Source: Reclinomonas americana ATCC 50394 (Eukaryota). Taken from it: 35,611 bases of DNA. Location of the stretch: positions 190,638-226,248 of the forward strand of contig PS015022.1 in the NCBI GenBank assembly GCA_048213135.1, written 5' to 3'. Below, one piece after another: positions 12,658 through 24,251 of this stretch. The position numbers were made by a program, and so were the translations under genes. The notes under the pieces were generated by a model. It ran no database searches. It was not told where the DNA came from and saw nothing but the letters and a program-made list of their open reading frames with translations. Position 1 is the first letter of the stretch, and every line of letters starts with the position of its first letter.

Positions 12658-15029
12658 ATGTCTCTCTCCCCTTCCGCGTCGGCATCCATGAGTTGCGACA
12701 CCACCCCACTACTCTCATGCGAATTGAAACTCAACTGCCTCTCACCCCTCTCTCCTCCTCTGCGTGCACACACAGGTGTGGTGGATGGCGAGGTGAGTGT
12801 GTCCGCGCATGCATTTTTCCCTGCATGCTCACGTGCGCGCGCTCTCTCTCTCTCTCTTACATACGCGCACACACGTAGGTCATCTTCCGCTCCACTCGTT
12901 GCGTGGTGTTATTCGTGAATCGTCAGCACCAACTCACACACAAATTTACCCGCGCGCCCCTGCATGCAGTGCCGGTTCCGCCGCCGCCCGCCGACATGCT
13001 CCCGGGCGACGCATACTCAACCTGGCTCATTCGCCGCATGCGCCAGCGAGACCACGAACAAGGCGAGCATCCGCTGCTGCTGCAACACGAAACGCAACAG
13101 CAGTGGACTGGCACGCAAGTTGCTCAAATGGCAGAGAACGTTGCCCGTCGCCTGCGTGCGTCGCCGACCGAGGGTGGGGCCAGCGACGGGTGCGGCTTGG
13201 TGGCTGGCGAGACCGTGGCGCTGGTGGCCACCACCTTTGTCCACTTTCTGCCTGTTGTGCTCGGTGTGAGCGAAGCGGCATGCACTCTGTGTCCACTGCC
13301 TGCCATCTCCGCAGGTGTGGCAGTTCGTCATCATCATGAGGGAGGCACCTCGAGTACATATGCTCACTGTGCGCAACAGAGGACGAGCTGATGGCGTACT
13401 TTACGCAGACCCACACGCGAGTGGTCATTGTCAACGCGACGGTGCTGGCCAAGACCCTTCGCGCGATTCTTCGGCTCGGCGCGCAGCCGTCGCAAGTCCG
13501 CAGCGTGTTTGTCATCTCGCCGCACGGCTTGCACAGCGACAGTGAGTGGCGCGAGTCGGAGGCGGTGGCGGATGCCGTGGCGCAAGGTTTGTAAGTTGCC
13601 GAAGAGAGGTGCGAGAATGCCACCACCACCACTAACTGCGCACACGCTGCATAGGCATCGCGGTGCACCCGCTGAGCGTGCTGCTTGACGACGTTCCTGG
13701 GTGCCACGGGCAGGCCTTTAAGCGCGAGAGCACCGTTCTGGAGGAGGACGTAACGCTGATCATGTTCTCAAGGTGCGCTCTGCGTTTTCGAACAAACCGC
13801 TGCTTTGCATGCATGTCTGATGAGTCCCACAGTGGCACCACTGGCCACCCGAAGATCGTGATGCACACGCAAAAGTCGATTCGCAACTTCCTCGTCAACG
13901 CCACCTCACTGGCCTGTGACAATGACAATCTTGTCAACTCGGCGTTGCGTGACTGCGTGTGAGATACGGGAGGAAGAATGAGCATGAGGTGACACCTCCT
14001 CCCCTGCAGGTTCTCCTTCCACGTCTCGGGCGTACTGCTGTCACTCTCCGTTGCGTTTCACACTCTTCTGCATCGCCTCGCTTGCTGCTGAGTTGTTATG
14101 GTGCAGGGATGCGTGCACGGCTGCCGGACCACGTTTTTCGAGATTCCACTGCCTCCCAACCCGCGCTTGCTGCTGGAGCTGCTGGTCAAGTACCAGGCCA
14201 ACTTTGTGTTTGTTTCGCCGGCGTCGATTCATGCGTTTTGCGCGCTGCCTGATGTTGCGGGGGGAGGGAGAGGGAAGGGGGAAAGGGGGAAAAGGGAGAG
14301 GGAAAGGGGGAGAGGGAAAGGGGGAGAGGGAGGGAGTTTATCTTTGTGTTTGTTTCGCCGGCGTCGATTCATGCGTTTTGCGCGTTGCTTGATGTTGCGC
14401 GGAGGGAGAAGGGAGAGGGACAGGGAGGGAGAAGGAGTTTATCTCACCTATAAAATTAATGAGGATTGCAGCTGCCTCCGTGTCGTTGAAGTTGCCACAT
14501 TGCTTTTGGATTGGCAGACACACAGAGATGGTCTTTTGGTGCTCGTTCTTTCTTCAGGATCACGGGGAGAGAGTCTTGATTCACCGGACTGCCTTCCTTC
14601 TCAACTTGCTGTCGCGACTCACCTCGGTTGTCGTGCTGTTGCAGCTCGAGAGCTTCGACCTGAGCCACCTGCGGCAGATTATGGTCGGCGGTGCGCTGCT
14701 GAACTTGGATCAGGCGCTGGAGGTGCACCGTCGCACGGGAGTGCGTCTCATGCAGGTGCGTCATCAACGTAGCGCTGCTGCACGCTGCCGGCTGTGTTGT
14801 TTCACCTGCTCCGTTGCATTTCTCGTGCGCAGCTGTGGGGCATGACCGAGATCCTGGTGGCCACTGCGGACACGGATGCTGCCGATGCGCCCGTGGAGTC
14901 CATTGGCTGTCTGCAACCGGGTGTGGAGATGAAGCTGGTGGATCCTGTCGACGGAACCACCGTCGGCGTCGGGGCGATTGGTGAGATTTTCATCCGGGCG
15001 CCGGGAGTTGCGTTGGGGAAGTGACAGAG

Positions 15030-15065
<36 letters not shown>

Positions 15066-16023
15066 GGCGCTGGCCACTGCAAGTGACACATGGGACTATT
15101 GCTTTCGTTGCTTGATGGAAACGAGAACATTCTGGTCATGGGTCCGTTGTCTTTCTTCGTTTGCGATGTGTGTAGGTGGTACAACAACAACAAACTTGCA
15201 AATCCGAAAAGCTAGACAGTTGCATGATGATCACCATCTTGTGTGAGCACCAGAAACTGAGTGAGACATCACGGAACAGTAAGAAAAAGTCGAGATGCAT
15301 AATGCTGCCGCTTCTAGTGACCACACTTATTCCTTTCCCTCCCTTCCCCAAAGCGCAGAACATGCTCGGCTACCGCGATGCCCCCGAGCTAACCGCGGAG
15401 ACCATTGTCGACGGTGGCTGGGTCCGTACCGGCGATCTCGGACGAATCGACCATCGTGGGCTCGTGTTCTTCGAGGGCCGAAGTCGCGTCTCCTTGCGTG
15501 TGGTCAGTAGTGTGGTGTCGAGTCTTCTCACCACCACCTCTGTGCGCACAGTCAAGGAGATGATCCGCGTGCCCATCTTCCCGATGTTCGCTCCGACCGA
15601 CATTGATATCGTGCTGCAACACCATCCGGCCGTCAAGGAGTGTGCCAGTGCCGGACTGGTGCGTCGTGCCACCGGTTACGACGTGCCGGTGGCCTTTGTG
15701 GTGAAGCAGGCGTCGGTTCGTGTTGCGACAATGCAGCAACCTTGAGAGGACGATCGCTCACAGAGTGCTTGCAGCATGCGAACGTGACGGAAGACGAGCT
15801 GATCGAGTTCCTTCGGCCGCAGCTGGTGTGTGATACCCTTGGATGAACGCAGCATGCAGAGTTGCTCACTGCTGTGTTGTGGTGTCTCCAGCCGGTGCAG
15901 AAAGTGCCAGCGCACGTGGTGTTCCTCCAGCAGATGCCACGCAGCAGTGCGCTGGGCAAACCGATGCGGCACATGTTGAGGGAGACGCCGGAGGCCAAGG
16001 CCCAGTTGAGCGACCTGCTTTGA
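12658..16023 (+). CDS. ANL-family AMP-dependent acyl-CoA ligase, 4-coumarate-CoA ligase/luciferase-like, 15 exons
   Basis: Spliced motifs VIFRSTLP, IMFSSGTTGHPK, FHVSG, QLWGMTE, GEIFIRAPGNMLGY, GWVRTGDLG, GRIKEMI, HPAVKE, PRSSALGK. No PTS1 (ends SDLL*). Confidence 0.9.
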
Positions 16024-16330
16024 GGTGTTTTCGCTCACGGTGTTGCAGACTTGCGTTTTTCAATTGAATATGGTTGTCTCCCCGAGTTAAGGGTCAAGTG
16101 TGGAGGGCACAGAGGCCGCAGTTTCGCTGCCATCTCTCTCTCTTTCTCTCTCGCTCTCTCGCGACGTCGACGTTCAGGACACAGCCTTTTTTTCTTCTTT
16201 CGTGGGAGAAGGCACCACCTTGGTCGTCTTCATCTCTCTTCTTCTTCTTCTCCCTTGTGCTTCAGTGTCGTTCCACAAAGTCAGAGAGAGAGAGAGAGAG
16301 TGCGAGTTGTCTCGTCATTTTTCCGAAACC

Positions 16331-18918
16331 ATGAGCGATTTTGAATTCGACAGCGACGATCACGCCTTCCACCACCCACCCACAGACGGTGCCTTTCCCT
16401 GTCTCCCCTCCTTGTCTCCCTTCTCTCTCTCAATGCCCTTTTCCCTCAAAAAACGCCATCACCTGCAGGTGAGGCCTCGTCGTCGTCGGCGTCGGCGAGT
16501 CAAAATGTCAGTGGCCCCTTCCCTCCCACCGACCACCACTCCGCCCACGCCATTCTGCTCATCGACCTGCAAAACGACTTTCTGGAGCCACGCGGCGCCT
16601 TTGGCGAGCACGAGTGCGTGCCGTTCGTCGACGATCTGTGGCCACAGATCGAGGCCTTGACCGCCCACGCGCAGCACCACGTGTTGCCCCTGATTTGGGT
16701 GCGCAGCGAGTACAGCGCCGAGAGGAGAGCACAGACAGATCATGCCTGTGACACAATCAACACGGGTTTCCTGGCCGGCAGTCATCGCGGAGGGCGGGCG
16801 TGCTGTGAGCCGGGCTCGTGGGGCGCCGAGTTGCACGAGTTGGTGGCCCCGATGGCCGCGCACCACGTCTCTGCGGTGGTGACCAAGACGTGGTTCTCGG
16901 CGTTTGCAGGCACCGATCTGGAGGCGCGCCTGCACCAGCTGGGAGTGCGGAGACTGATTGTGGTCGGCGTCGCTGCCAATGTGTGCGTGCTGGCCACGGT
17001 CAACGACGCCCTGCATCGCGGCTTTCGTGTGACGGTGCTGTCGGATGCGGTGTCGGTGCTGAAGGGCCGCGCGAAGAACAAGCAGCGCGTCAATCACGCG
17101 CTGCGCGACATGACGCAGGCCGGCGCCACCGTCGTGACCACCGGCGAGTGGCTGCACGAGTACGCCACCAGCATTGCGCCGATCGAGCCAGTGGCCTCGC
17201 AGGATGGCGACAGCCGACTGGTGTGCGAGCCGCTGACGGTGGGCGAAGGCGACACGATGCTCCTGCATCACGTGCTGCCGCGACGTGCCGACGTGCTGCG
17301 CGTCTCGTCCGACATGCAGCCGCTGGTGACGGCCGACGACGCGTTCGACTGGGTGCGCGACGAGGTGCACTGGCAGACCATGTTGAACCAGGGCAACCCG
17401 GTTCCGCGGCTGGTGGCCATTCAGGGCGAGTTGTCGAGCGACGGCAACGTGGAGCCGCTGTACCGGCACCCGGTCGACGTGCAGCCGGTGCTGGAGTGCT
17501 GGTCGCCCACCGTGCGCGCCCTGCGTGATGCCGCACAGGCGGCCCTCGAACAGGTTCTCGGTCGCCAGCACCCACAGCTGAATCACGCCCTCATCCAGCT
17601 GTACCGCGACGGACGAGACAGCATTGGCGAGCACGCCGACAAGACGCTGGACGTGCACCCCGACAGCTACATTGTCAACCTGTCACTCGGCGCCACACGC
17701 GTCATGACTCTGCGGCGCAAGCTGGGTGACAGGCCGGTGGTGCGCGTCGCCCTCAGCCACAACACCATGATGATGCTGCACTTGGAGACGAACCGCTTCT
17801 GGAAGCACGCCGTCAACGCAGAGCAGAAGCCGTGCGGTGAGCGCATCAGTCTGACGTTCCGCGCCATCTCCACGTTCTACCACCGCCAGTCGGGCGTGAT
17901 CTCGGGCCAAGGTGCCCGCCGTGACCCACTGTTGGCCCTCCCACAACACGAGGAATGCGCCGCCATGCTGACGGCCTTTGGCCTCGAGAACCGCTCGTCG
18001 GACTTTGACTGGCAGACCGTGTACGGGCAGGGATTCAACGCGCTCAACTTTGCCGTGCTCAACGCCGCCGGCAGACCAGAGGAGGCGCGAGCGGACGCCG
18101 TGCTTGATGACGGCGATGCGCGCAGTCAAGAGGAGGAGGAGGTGGTGGTGGAGGAGCAGGAGGAGGACGACCCATCGGCAGCCGAGGTGCGAGACCGACG
18201 ACGTGGCTTTATCGCACCGCAGCCCGGAGAGCGCACGCTGTACTGGGTGCACGGCTCCATTCCCAGCTGGCGCGTGATGCTGGTGTTCCACGAGCTCGGC
18301 ATCCCATTCCAGCCCGTGCGCCTGCGCGTCATGGTGGAGCCGCGAGACACCCACGACCCGGACTTTGCGGCACTCAATCCGCGGTGCAAGACGCCGACGC
18401 TGGTGGAGCCCGACGGCACCGTGCTCTACGAGTCGCTGGCCATCCTCACCACGTACGCTCTCGGCACGCCACTGATTCCCGAGTCGCGGCGGAGTCGCGT
18501 GCTGATGCGCGTGCAGGAGACGGAGAACCTCAGCCACAAGTACAAGCCGATGGAGAGCCTGTTCCGCGTGGACAGCCTGGATCCGCCCGACGTGCTCCAG
18601 CTGGGCGAGGATCGCGAGAAGTTGTACGACGAGTTGAGCTTGTGGGAGCGGTACCTGGAGGAGGAGGGCAGCGGCTGGGTGGTGGGCGACTCGCTGACGG
18701 CCGCCGATCTGGCGCTGTACGCCGTGTTGGCGTACATGGCGCGTCGAGGGTTGTCGCTGGCGCGTCGCGGGCAGTGGCCTCGGCTGTGTCGTCTAGTCGA
18801 GCAAGTGAGTGCGAGGCCGAGCGCCGTGCACTCGTACCCCAGTGAGTGGAGGAGGAAGAAGGGGGTGGATTTGTTTGCGAGGTTGGATAGGTTGTTGGTG
18901 CAGGTGCGGGGGTGGTAG
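16331..18918 (+). CDS. Three-domain fusion: isochorismatase/cysteine hydrolase + AlkB-like 2OG-Fe(II) dioxygenase + glutathione S-transferase
   Basis: One intron (16389-16468). Hydrolase triad motifs IDLQNDF, TKTWFSAF, ANVCV. AlkB motifs LYRDGRDSIGEHADK, WKHAV, RISLTFR. GST motifs GSIPSWRV, LNPRCKTPTL, YESLAI, GDSLTAADLA. Confidence 0.9.
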
Positions 18919-19451
18919 TATGAAAGTGAAGGGGAGCGGTGAGGGTGATGAAAGGGGAAGGGGAAGGGGAAGGGGAAGGGCGAAGAGGAAGGGAAAGGAT
19001 TCGATTCTTATCATGAAAACGGATTCGCTACCGTCACGCGACAACTGTGCAACGATGACAGTTGTCCACCGATGTAACCACTGGCTCGTGTGTTATGAAG
19101 CAGTGCACGCACCTATTTGCACAAGTCTCTCCTCGGCGACACGCTTTTCCTGTTTTGTGAGCCAGCATGCATGTGCACACACGCACCAACGAAGTCCTGT
19201 CCCACAATTGCTGTCAGAGTCGGTCGGTGGTTTGCGGAGCAGAAGACGGAGTGTGTTCTCTGTTCTGTGTCAGTGTGCTTCCCCACTGTGCGTGTGTGCA
19301 AGAGAGAAGGGAGAGAGGAGAGTGAGCTGTTGCATTTCTCCGCATATTATTGTGACAGAGAGAGAGAGAGAGAGAGAGAGACAAGAGGAGCGTTTCATTC
19401 CCCTGTGCATCTGTTAGTGTGCTGTCGGTAATCTTGTTGTGACACATTCTG

Positions 19452-22400
19452 ATGGCAAGTGGGAGTGGTGTGCCGCGTGAGTTGCGTGTCTCTCTCTCAT
19501 TGTATTGTTGTCAGATGCATCATCTCCATCATTCTCACATTGTGTGATTCGTTCCCTATGTTACTCTCCTCTCACTCTCTCGTGCAGTCATGACCACGAT
19601 GTTGGTGATGAGGAATGTGCGATGCGCCTTGTCAAAGCACTGTCTCGTCCATGCACCCGCGCTCTGCAATCCAAACTCGAGCAAGTGCTGCCGGCGTTTC
19701 TCGATTCGTATCCTGGTGTGAATCACGTCGCCGAGTGGTGCAAGGCGCCGAGTGAGCGGGATGTGCGGTGAGTGTGTGGGGAGAGATGTGGAAGCACGCG
19801 ATGGCAGGATGCAGATGGAGATGTGAAAGAGAGAGAAGAGAAGAGATTGCCACAAGCAAGCGGCAGATGGTCATCCCTTTCTTTTCATTGTCTCACCACA
19901 CGGACTCCTCATTCTATCCCGATGTATGCCCCCCCTTTCTTGTCACACACATGCTGTCGCTCACCAACATCCTCTCTTTCTTTGTGCCTTTCCCCGCATG
20001 CAGAACCATTCCAGACGGAGTGGAAATGTGTGTCCAGTTGAGCGAGATTGAGCGGAAGACGGTGCGCGAGTGGCATCAGCGAGGCCAGCTGCACGACTGC
20101 TTTTCGTTTGATGCGATGCTGTGCTGCTCGATCTTGCTGCTGGCCGGTCATCGAGAGCACCCTGGGGACGAGCCAGATCGTATGATTGCGGAGAGCGATG
20201 TGGTGAGTGTGAAATGGGATGAGGAGGAGTGTGATCTCCCTCTCTATGTGATCATGCCTCTCATTCTCTTACTGTTACACAGCGCAATGCGATTGAGCGA
20301 ATGAGGGAGGTGTTTGAGCAGGCGAGTCCTGCCCGAGCTCGTGCACTCTTTGTGCCTCTGCTCGGTGGCGGAGGAAGAGGAGAAGGTGAGTTGCACCGGC
20401 TTGTGCGACAGCTGCAGGTTGGCAGGGATGTGGAGGAGGAATTGGTGGTGCAGCTGAACGATGCCCGTGATGGTGAGTGAAGAGACAAGAGATGGATGGT
20501 GCTTGTGGTTGGATGGTTGGATTGAATGTGGAAGCTGATGCTGTCTGGTTGTGTGTGAATGCAGGTGCACTGACTCAAGCAGACCAGTCATCACCACCGT
20601 CGGTGAACATGGAGCAAGTTGAGTGAATTTACACGTAGAGATTGTCGCTTGCAGATTTCTCATCGTTTCTCACGTGTATGCTGGTTGATCAGATGCGAAT
20701 GGAAATGCAGGAGACCATGCGTGCAGAGATGGAACTCATGCGACAACAGCTGGTCACAATTATCATGTCGCCCTCTTCTCCCTCAGCTGCAGGTGTGTTC
20801 CGTGATGGACCTTCATGGATGTGCTTTGCTGTGCTCACTCATTCCCTCTGTGCCACACAGCACCCGACAACAGTCGCTCATCAAAGACACCGCTCATCGC
20901 CCGCACCGTCAATCCAGTGACTACATTCCGTTTCCCCAGTCGGTGTGCGCTGGCTGCCTCTCTCGCCACGCGCATCGTGGATGCTGTGGAAGGTTGGTTG
21001 TTCCTTGTCTGCCCCCTTGCATCTCCGCACACGTGTGTCTCATGATGTTGTCTGGTGCTGGATGATTCTTCTCAGCACACCAACCGATCATGGTGGTGCT
21101 GACGGGCGATGGTGGCACTGGCAAGTCATTCCTGGCCGAGCTGCTGGTGACCGAGTTGCAGGTCACTCGCCGATGGAAGGGATCAGCCGTGTCGGTGGAG
21201 ATGCGTGGTCATGTGGGTGATGCGAGGGAGCATATGAAGGTGTGCTGACGAACATGCATGTTGTCTTTTCCAGTTGTGTCTTCTCCTCTCGCTGCTATTC
21301 TGACTCTGCTCTCTCCTTGCCACATGCTGCAGGCAGAGAATGCACTGGGCGAGTGTCTGCGTGCCTTTGTTTCGGCACAGATGCGAGTGGATGAAGTGGA
21401 GGGACGAAGGATGGCCGGTCAGGTGGATGCACTGCTGGCGAGTGGTGAGGCGGAACCAGCACGTCGTCTGGTGCGACAGCTGATGCACGCCTCGGGTGGA
21501 GTGATGGTGCTGGACAATGTGGGATCGGCGGAGCAAGTGAGGAGTGTTGTTCGATGTGCTGATGAGGGTGCGTGGCTATTAGAGAGAATCTGGGATGGAT
21601 GTTCTAATCCTGACTTGATGTGCATCATGCCGGTGCAGGTGGAATGGTGGCACCGACTGTGGTGGTGACGACTCGGTATGGACATGTGGCAGATGAGATT
21701 CGTGACTCGATGATGCACGAGGCGGAGGTGGAGTGTGTGCGAGTAGAGAGCGTGGAGAACGAGGATATTGTGCAGCTGGTGGAGGAGCGACTGCTCCACA
21801 AGGTGTCAGTGGATGTGCGACGACGGATTGTGGAGGCACTGGAGAGTGGACAGCAGGAGAAGAGTGCACTGCGAGTGAGTGCTTGTGTTGGGTAAGTGAG
21901 TGCGTGAGTGAGTGCATGACTTGGATGAGAAGCCTCACTCGTCTCTCTGCTTCTCTTCTTCGTCCTGCAGCTGGTTGTTGTCACAGTCAGCAGCACAGCT
22001 GGTGGGCGCGCGACTGGAGGAGGTACTGAGTGGCATTGGTAGTGATGCGCTGTCGCAGTTGCTGGAACGCAATGTGATGTCACAGACAGCGGCTGTACGT
22101 CGTCTGTTGGTGCTGATCACGGCGTGCAAGGAACTCGGCTTGCCAGTGACAGTGGCACTCGCACGAGTGGCTTTGAGTGTGTTGCGAGTGATTCCCGATA
22201 TGACAACGGCAGTGGGCGGTGATGATGGTGGTAAGCAGGCTGCAGTTGAAGAAGATGAGGAGGCGGCAAGTCGACTCTTGGAGCTGGGTCAGTGTGTGCG
22301 TCGACTGCGTATGCATGAGCTGGCTCAGGAGAGGCGACGACATGCGCCTAAGGTGGTGGGTGAGCGACTACAGTTTGGCGAGATGAGTGAAGAGGAGGAG

Positions 22401-23825
22401 CGCCGATTTCGTGCACGGCGTGATGAGTTGGTGAGTGGTGATGAAGGTGTGGAAGATGTGCTAGAGGGTCTGTGTTTGTCGAATCTGGTTACGGTCGGTG
22501 TCAGTGGCAGCGTGGAGGGTGTGGCTCGTGTGCTGTGTGGTGGACAGGAGGGGAAGAGTGGCAACAAAGTGGTGGAGTATCGAATTCACGATGAGAGTGC
22601 TGGGTGGATTGTGGGACGGTGTGGGGATGCAGTATCACGGGCGCGGCGACTGATTGTGCGATTGGTGTGTTGTGTGCTGAGTGGCATTGATTCTCAAAAT
22701 GACAGTGACGGTGTGCTGTTAGTGTCACGAGACTTGCTTAGTGTGCTGCACACAGTGTGGCGACGTTTGGGTGACGACGACGGTATGTGGGTGAGTAAAA
22801 CTGTCGGTGTGAATGGACTGCTGGTACAAGTCGGGGCTGGGAAGTGGATTGGCGAGCTTTGTTACAGAGGAATTCTACCGTCGCGTGGGTTCGATGAATC
22901 AGTGGCCTCGTCAATTATGCGACGTGCGACGACAGGTGGACTTCGCGAAAGTTATACTGTGAAAGCAAGTCCAGTGCGACGGAGGTTTGCCATTGTGGTG
23001 GCAAATTGTCGTGCATGGTTATTTGGCATGCGTCGTCAATGGGAAGAACGAATGGCAGCGTGGCAACAAGCGTGGCGTCTGTGTGAGGAATGGGAGAGGG
23101 ACGGCAGTGGTGAGCTGACTGTGCTGGATAGGATCGACTCATTTCGCTGCTTGATGTGGTTTGCCTACTATGCGGACAACTTGCCACTCCTCGTGCAGTG
23201 CCATGAACGGCAATGTGCGAAACTGGGTGAGCGTCATCTGGACTCGCTGACGACATTGTTCTGGCAGGCCAGGTTCCACTATTATCGAAAACGATATGCG
23301 GATGCAGAAGCACTCTTTCGGCGCTGTTGGGAGTTGCGTCGACTGGTTCTCGGCGATGAGCATCCGGAAACATTAGCGTCTATGAGCGATGTTGCGTTGT
23401 GTACCCTTGATGGCAGTCATCTGGAAGAAAGGATACTGTTGGAACGTGATTGTTTGCAGTTGATGCGAGATGCACTGGGAGAACGGCATCCAAGCTCTCT
23501 CACGTCGATGAACAATCTTGCTTTTTCACTCAGTCAGCGTAACACACCCGAATTACTGGCCGAAGCTGCTGATTTGTACCGTGAGTGCTTGGAGGGCCTT
23601 CGAGAGCTACTGGGTGACAAGCATGTGAGGACACTATTCGCCATGTACAACTACGGCATTCTGCTCATGAAGCAGCAACGGTGGGCCGAAGCAGAGGCTC
23701 TGCTGGTGGAGTGTGTGGATGGTCGGCGAGCGGAGCTTGGTGAAAAGAATTCGGACACTCAGGAAGGCGTTAGGGGTCTGGCCGAGTGCCGACGACGTGC
23801 GAGAGAGGCCGGTGTGATGTTGTGA
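19452..23825 (+). CDS. NLR-like STAND P-loop NTPase with C-terminal TPR repeats (copy 1), 11 exons
   Basis: Walker A VVLTGDGGTGKS, Walker B VMVLDNV, sensor VVVTTR. Kinesin-light-chain-type TPRs (LGDEHPETLASM, LGERHPSSLTSMNNLA). Ten introns keep the frame. Confidence 0.8.
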
Positions 23826-24251
23826 ACGATAAATGAACCTGTTCACTCTGTCGTTCGCCTCTCCTCGAGTGCTCTTTGACGGTCTCTCTCAACGTTTCAC
23901 CGATGTTACCACTGGTGTGTGTACTTCGACACATGCACATACACGCACAAGTCTCTCTCCTCGGCGACACGCAGTTCTGCCATGTGAGCCAGCATGCTAC
24001 ACACCGACGACGTCGTGTCCCAGTCAGAGTGTGATTTGCTGCTTGTTGAGTAGGAGTGAGCTTGTGTGTTCTCTATTCTGTTCTCTGTCTGTTTCATTCC
24101 CCACTGTGCGTGTGTGCAAGAGAGAAGGAGAAGGAGCGAGTTGTTTCATTTCTCCGCTTCTTATTGTGCCACAGAGAGAGAGAGAGAGCGTGCCATTCCC
24201 CTGTGCATCTGTCAGTGTACTGCTTGTTCTTCTTGCTGTTGACGCACCATC

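Noticed and set aside
1632-15483. Reading the shifted donors as non-canonical G|TTGCGT (TT-AG) introns
   Set aside because: Cutting after the G breaks the frame, for example at 1632, 8449, 15007 and 15483. The cut must precede GT.
16459-18537. Long antisense ORFs (399 aa, 284 aa) and the many overlapping ORF-track entries
   Set aside because: These are shadows of GC-rich coding sequence or microsatellite translations with no recognisable motifs.
12658-18918. Biosynthetic gene cluster (4CL-like ligase plus fusion enzyme)
   Set aside because: Adjacency is the only support; there is no carrier protein, synthase or transporter.
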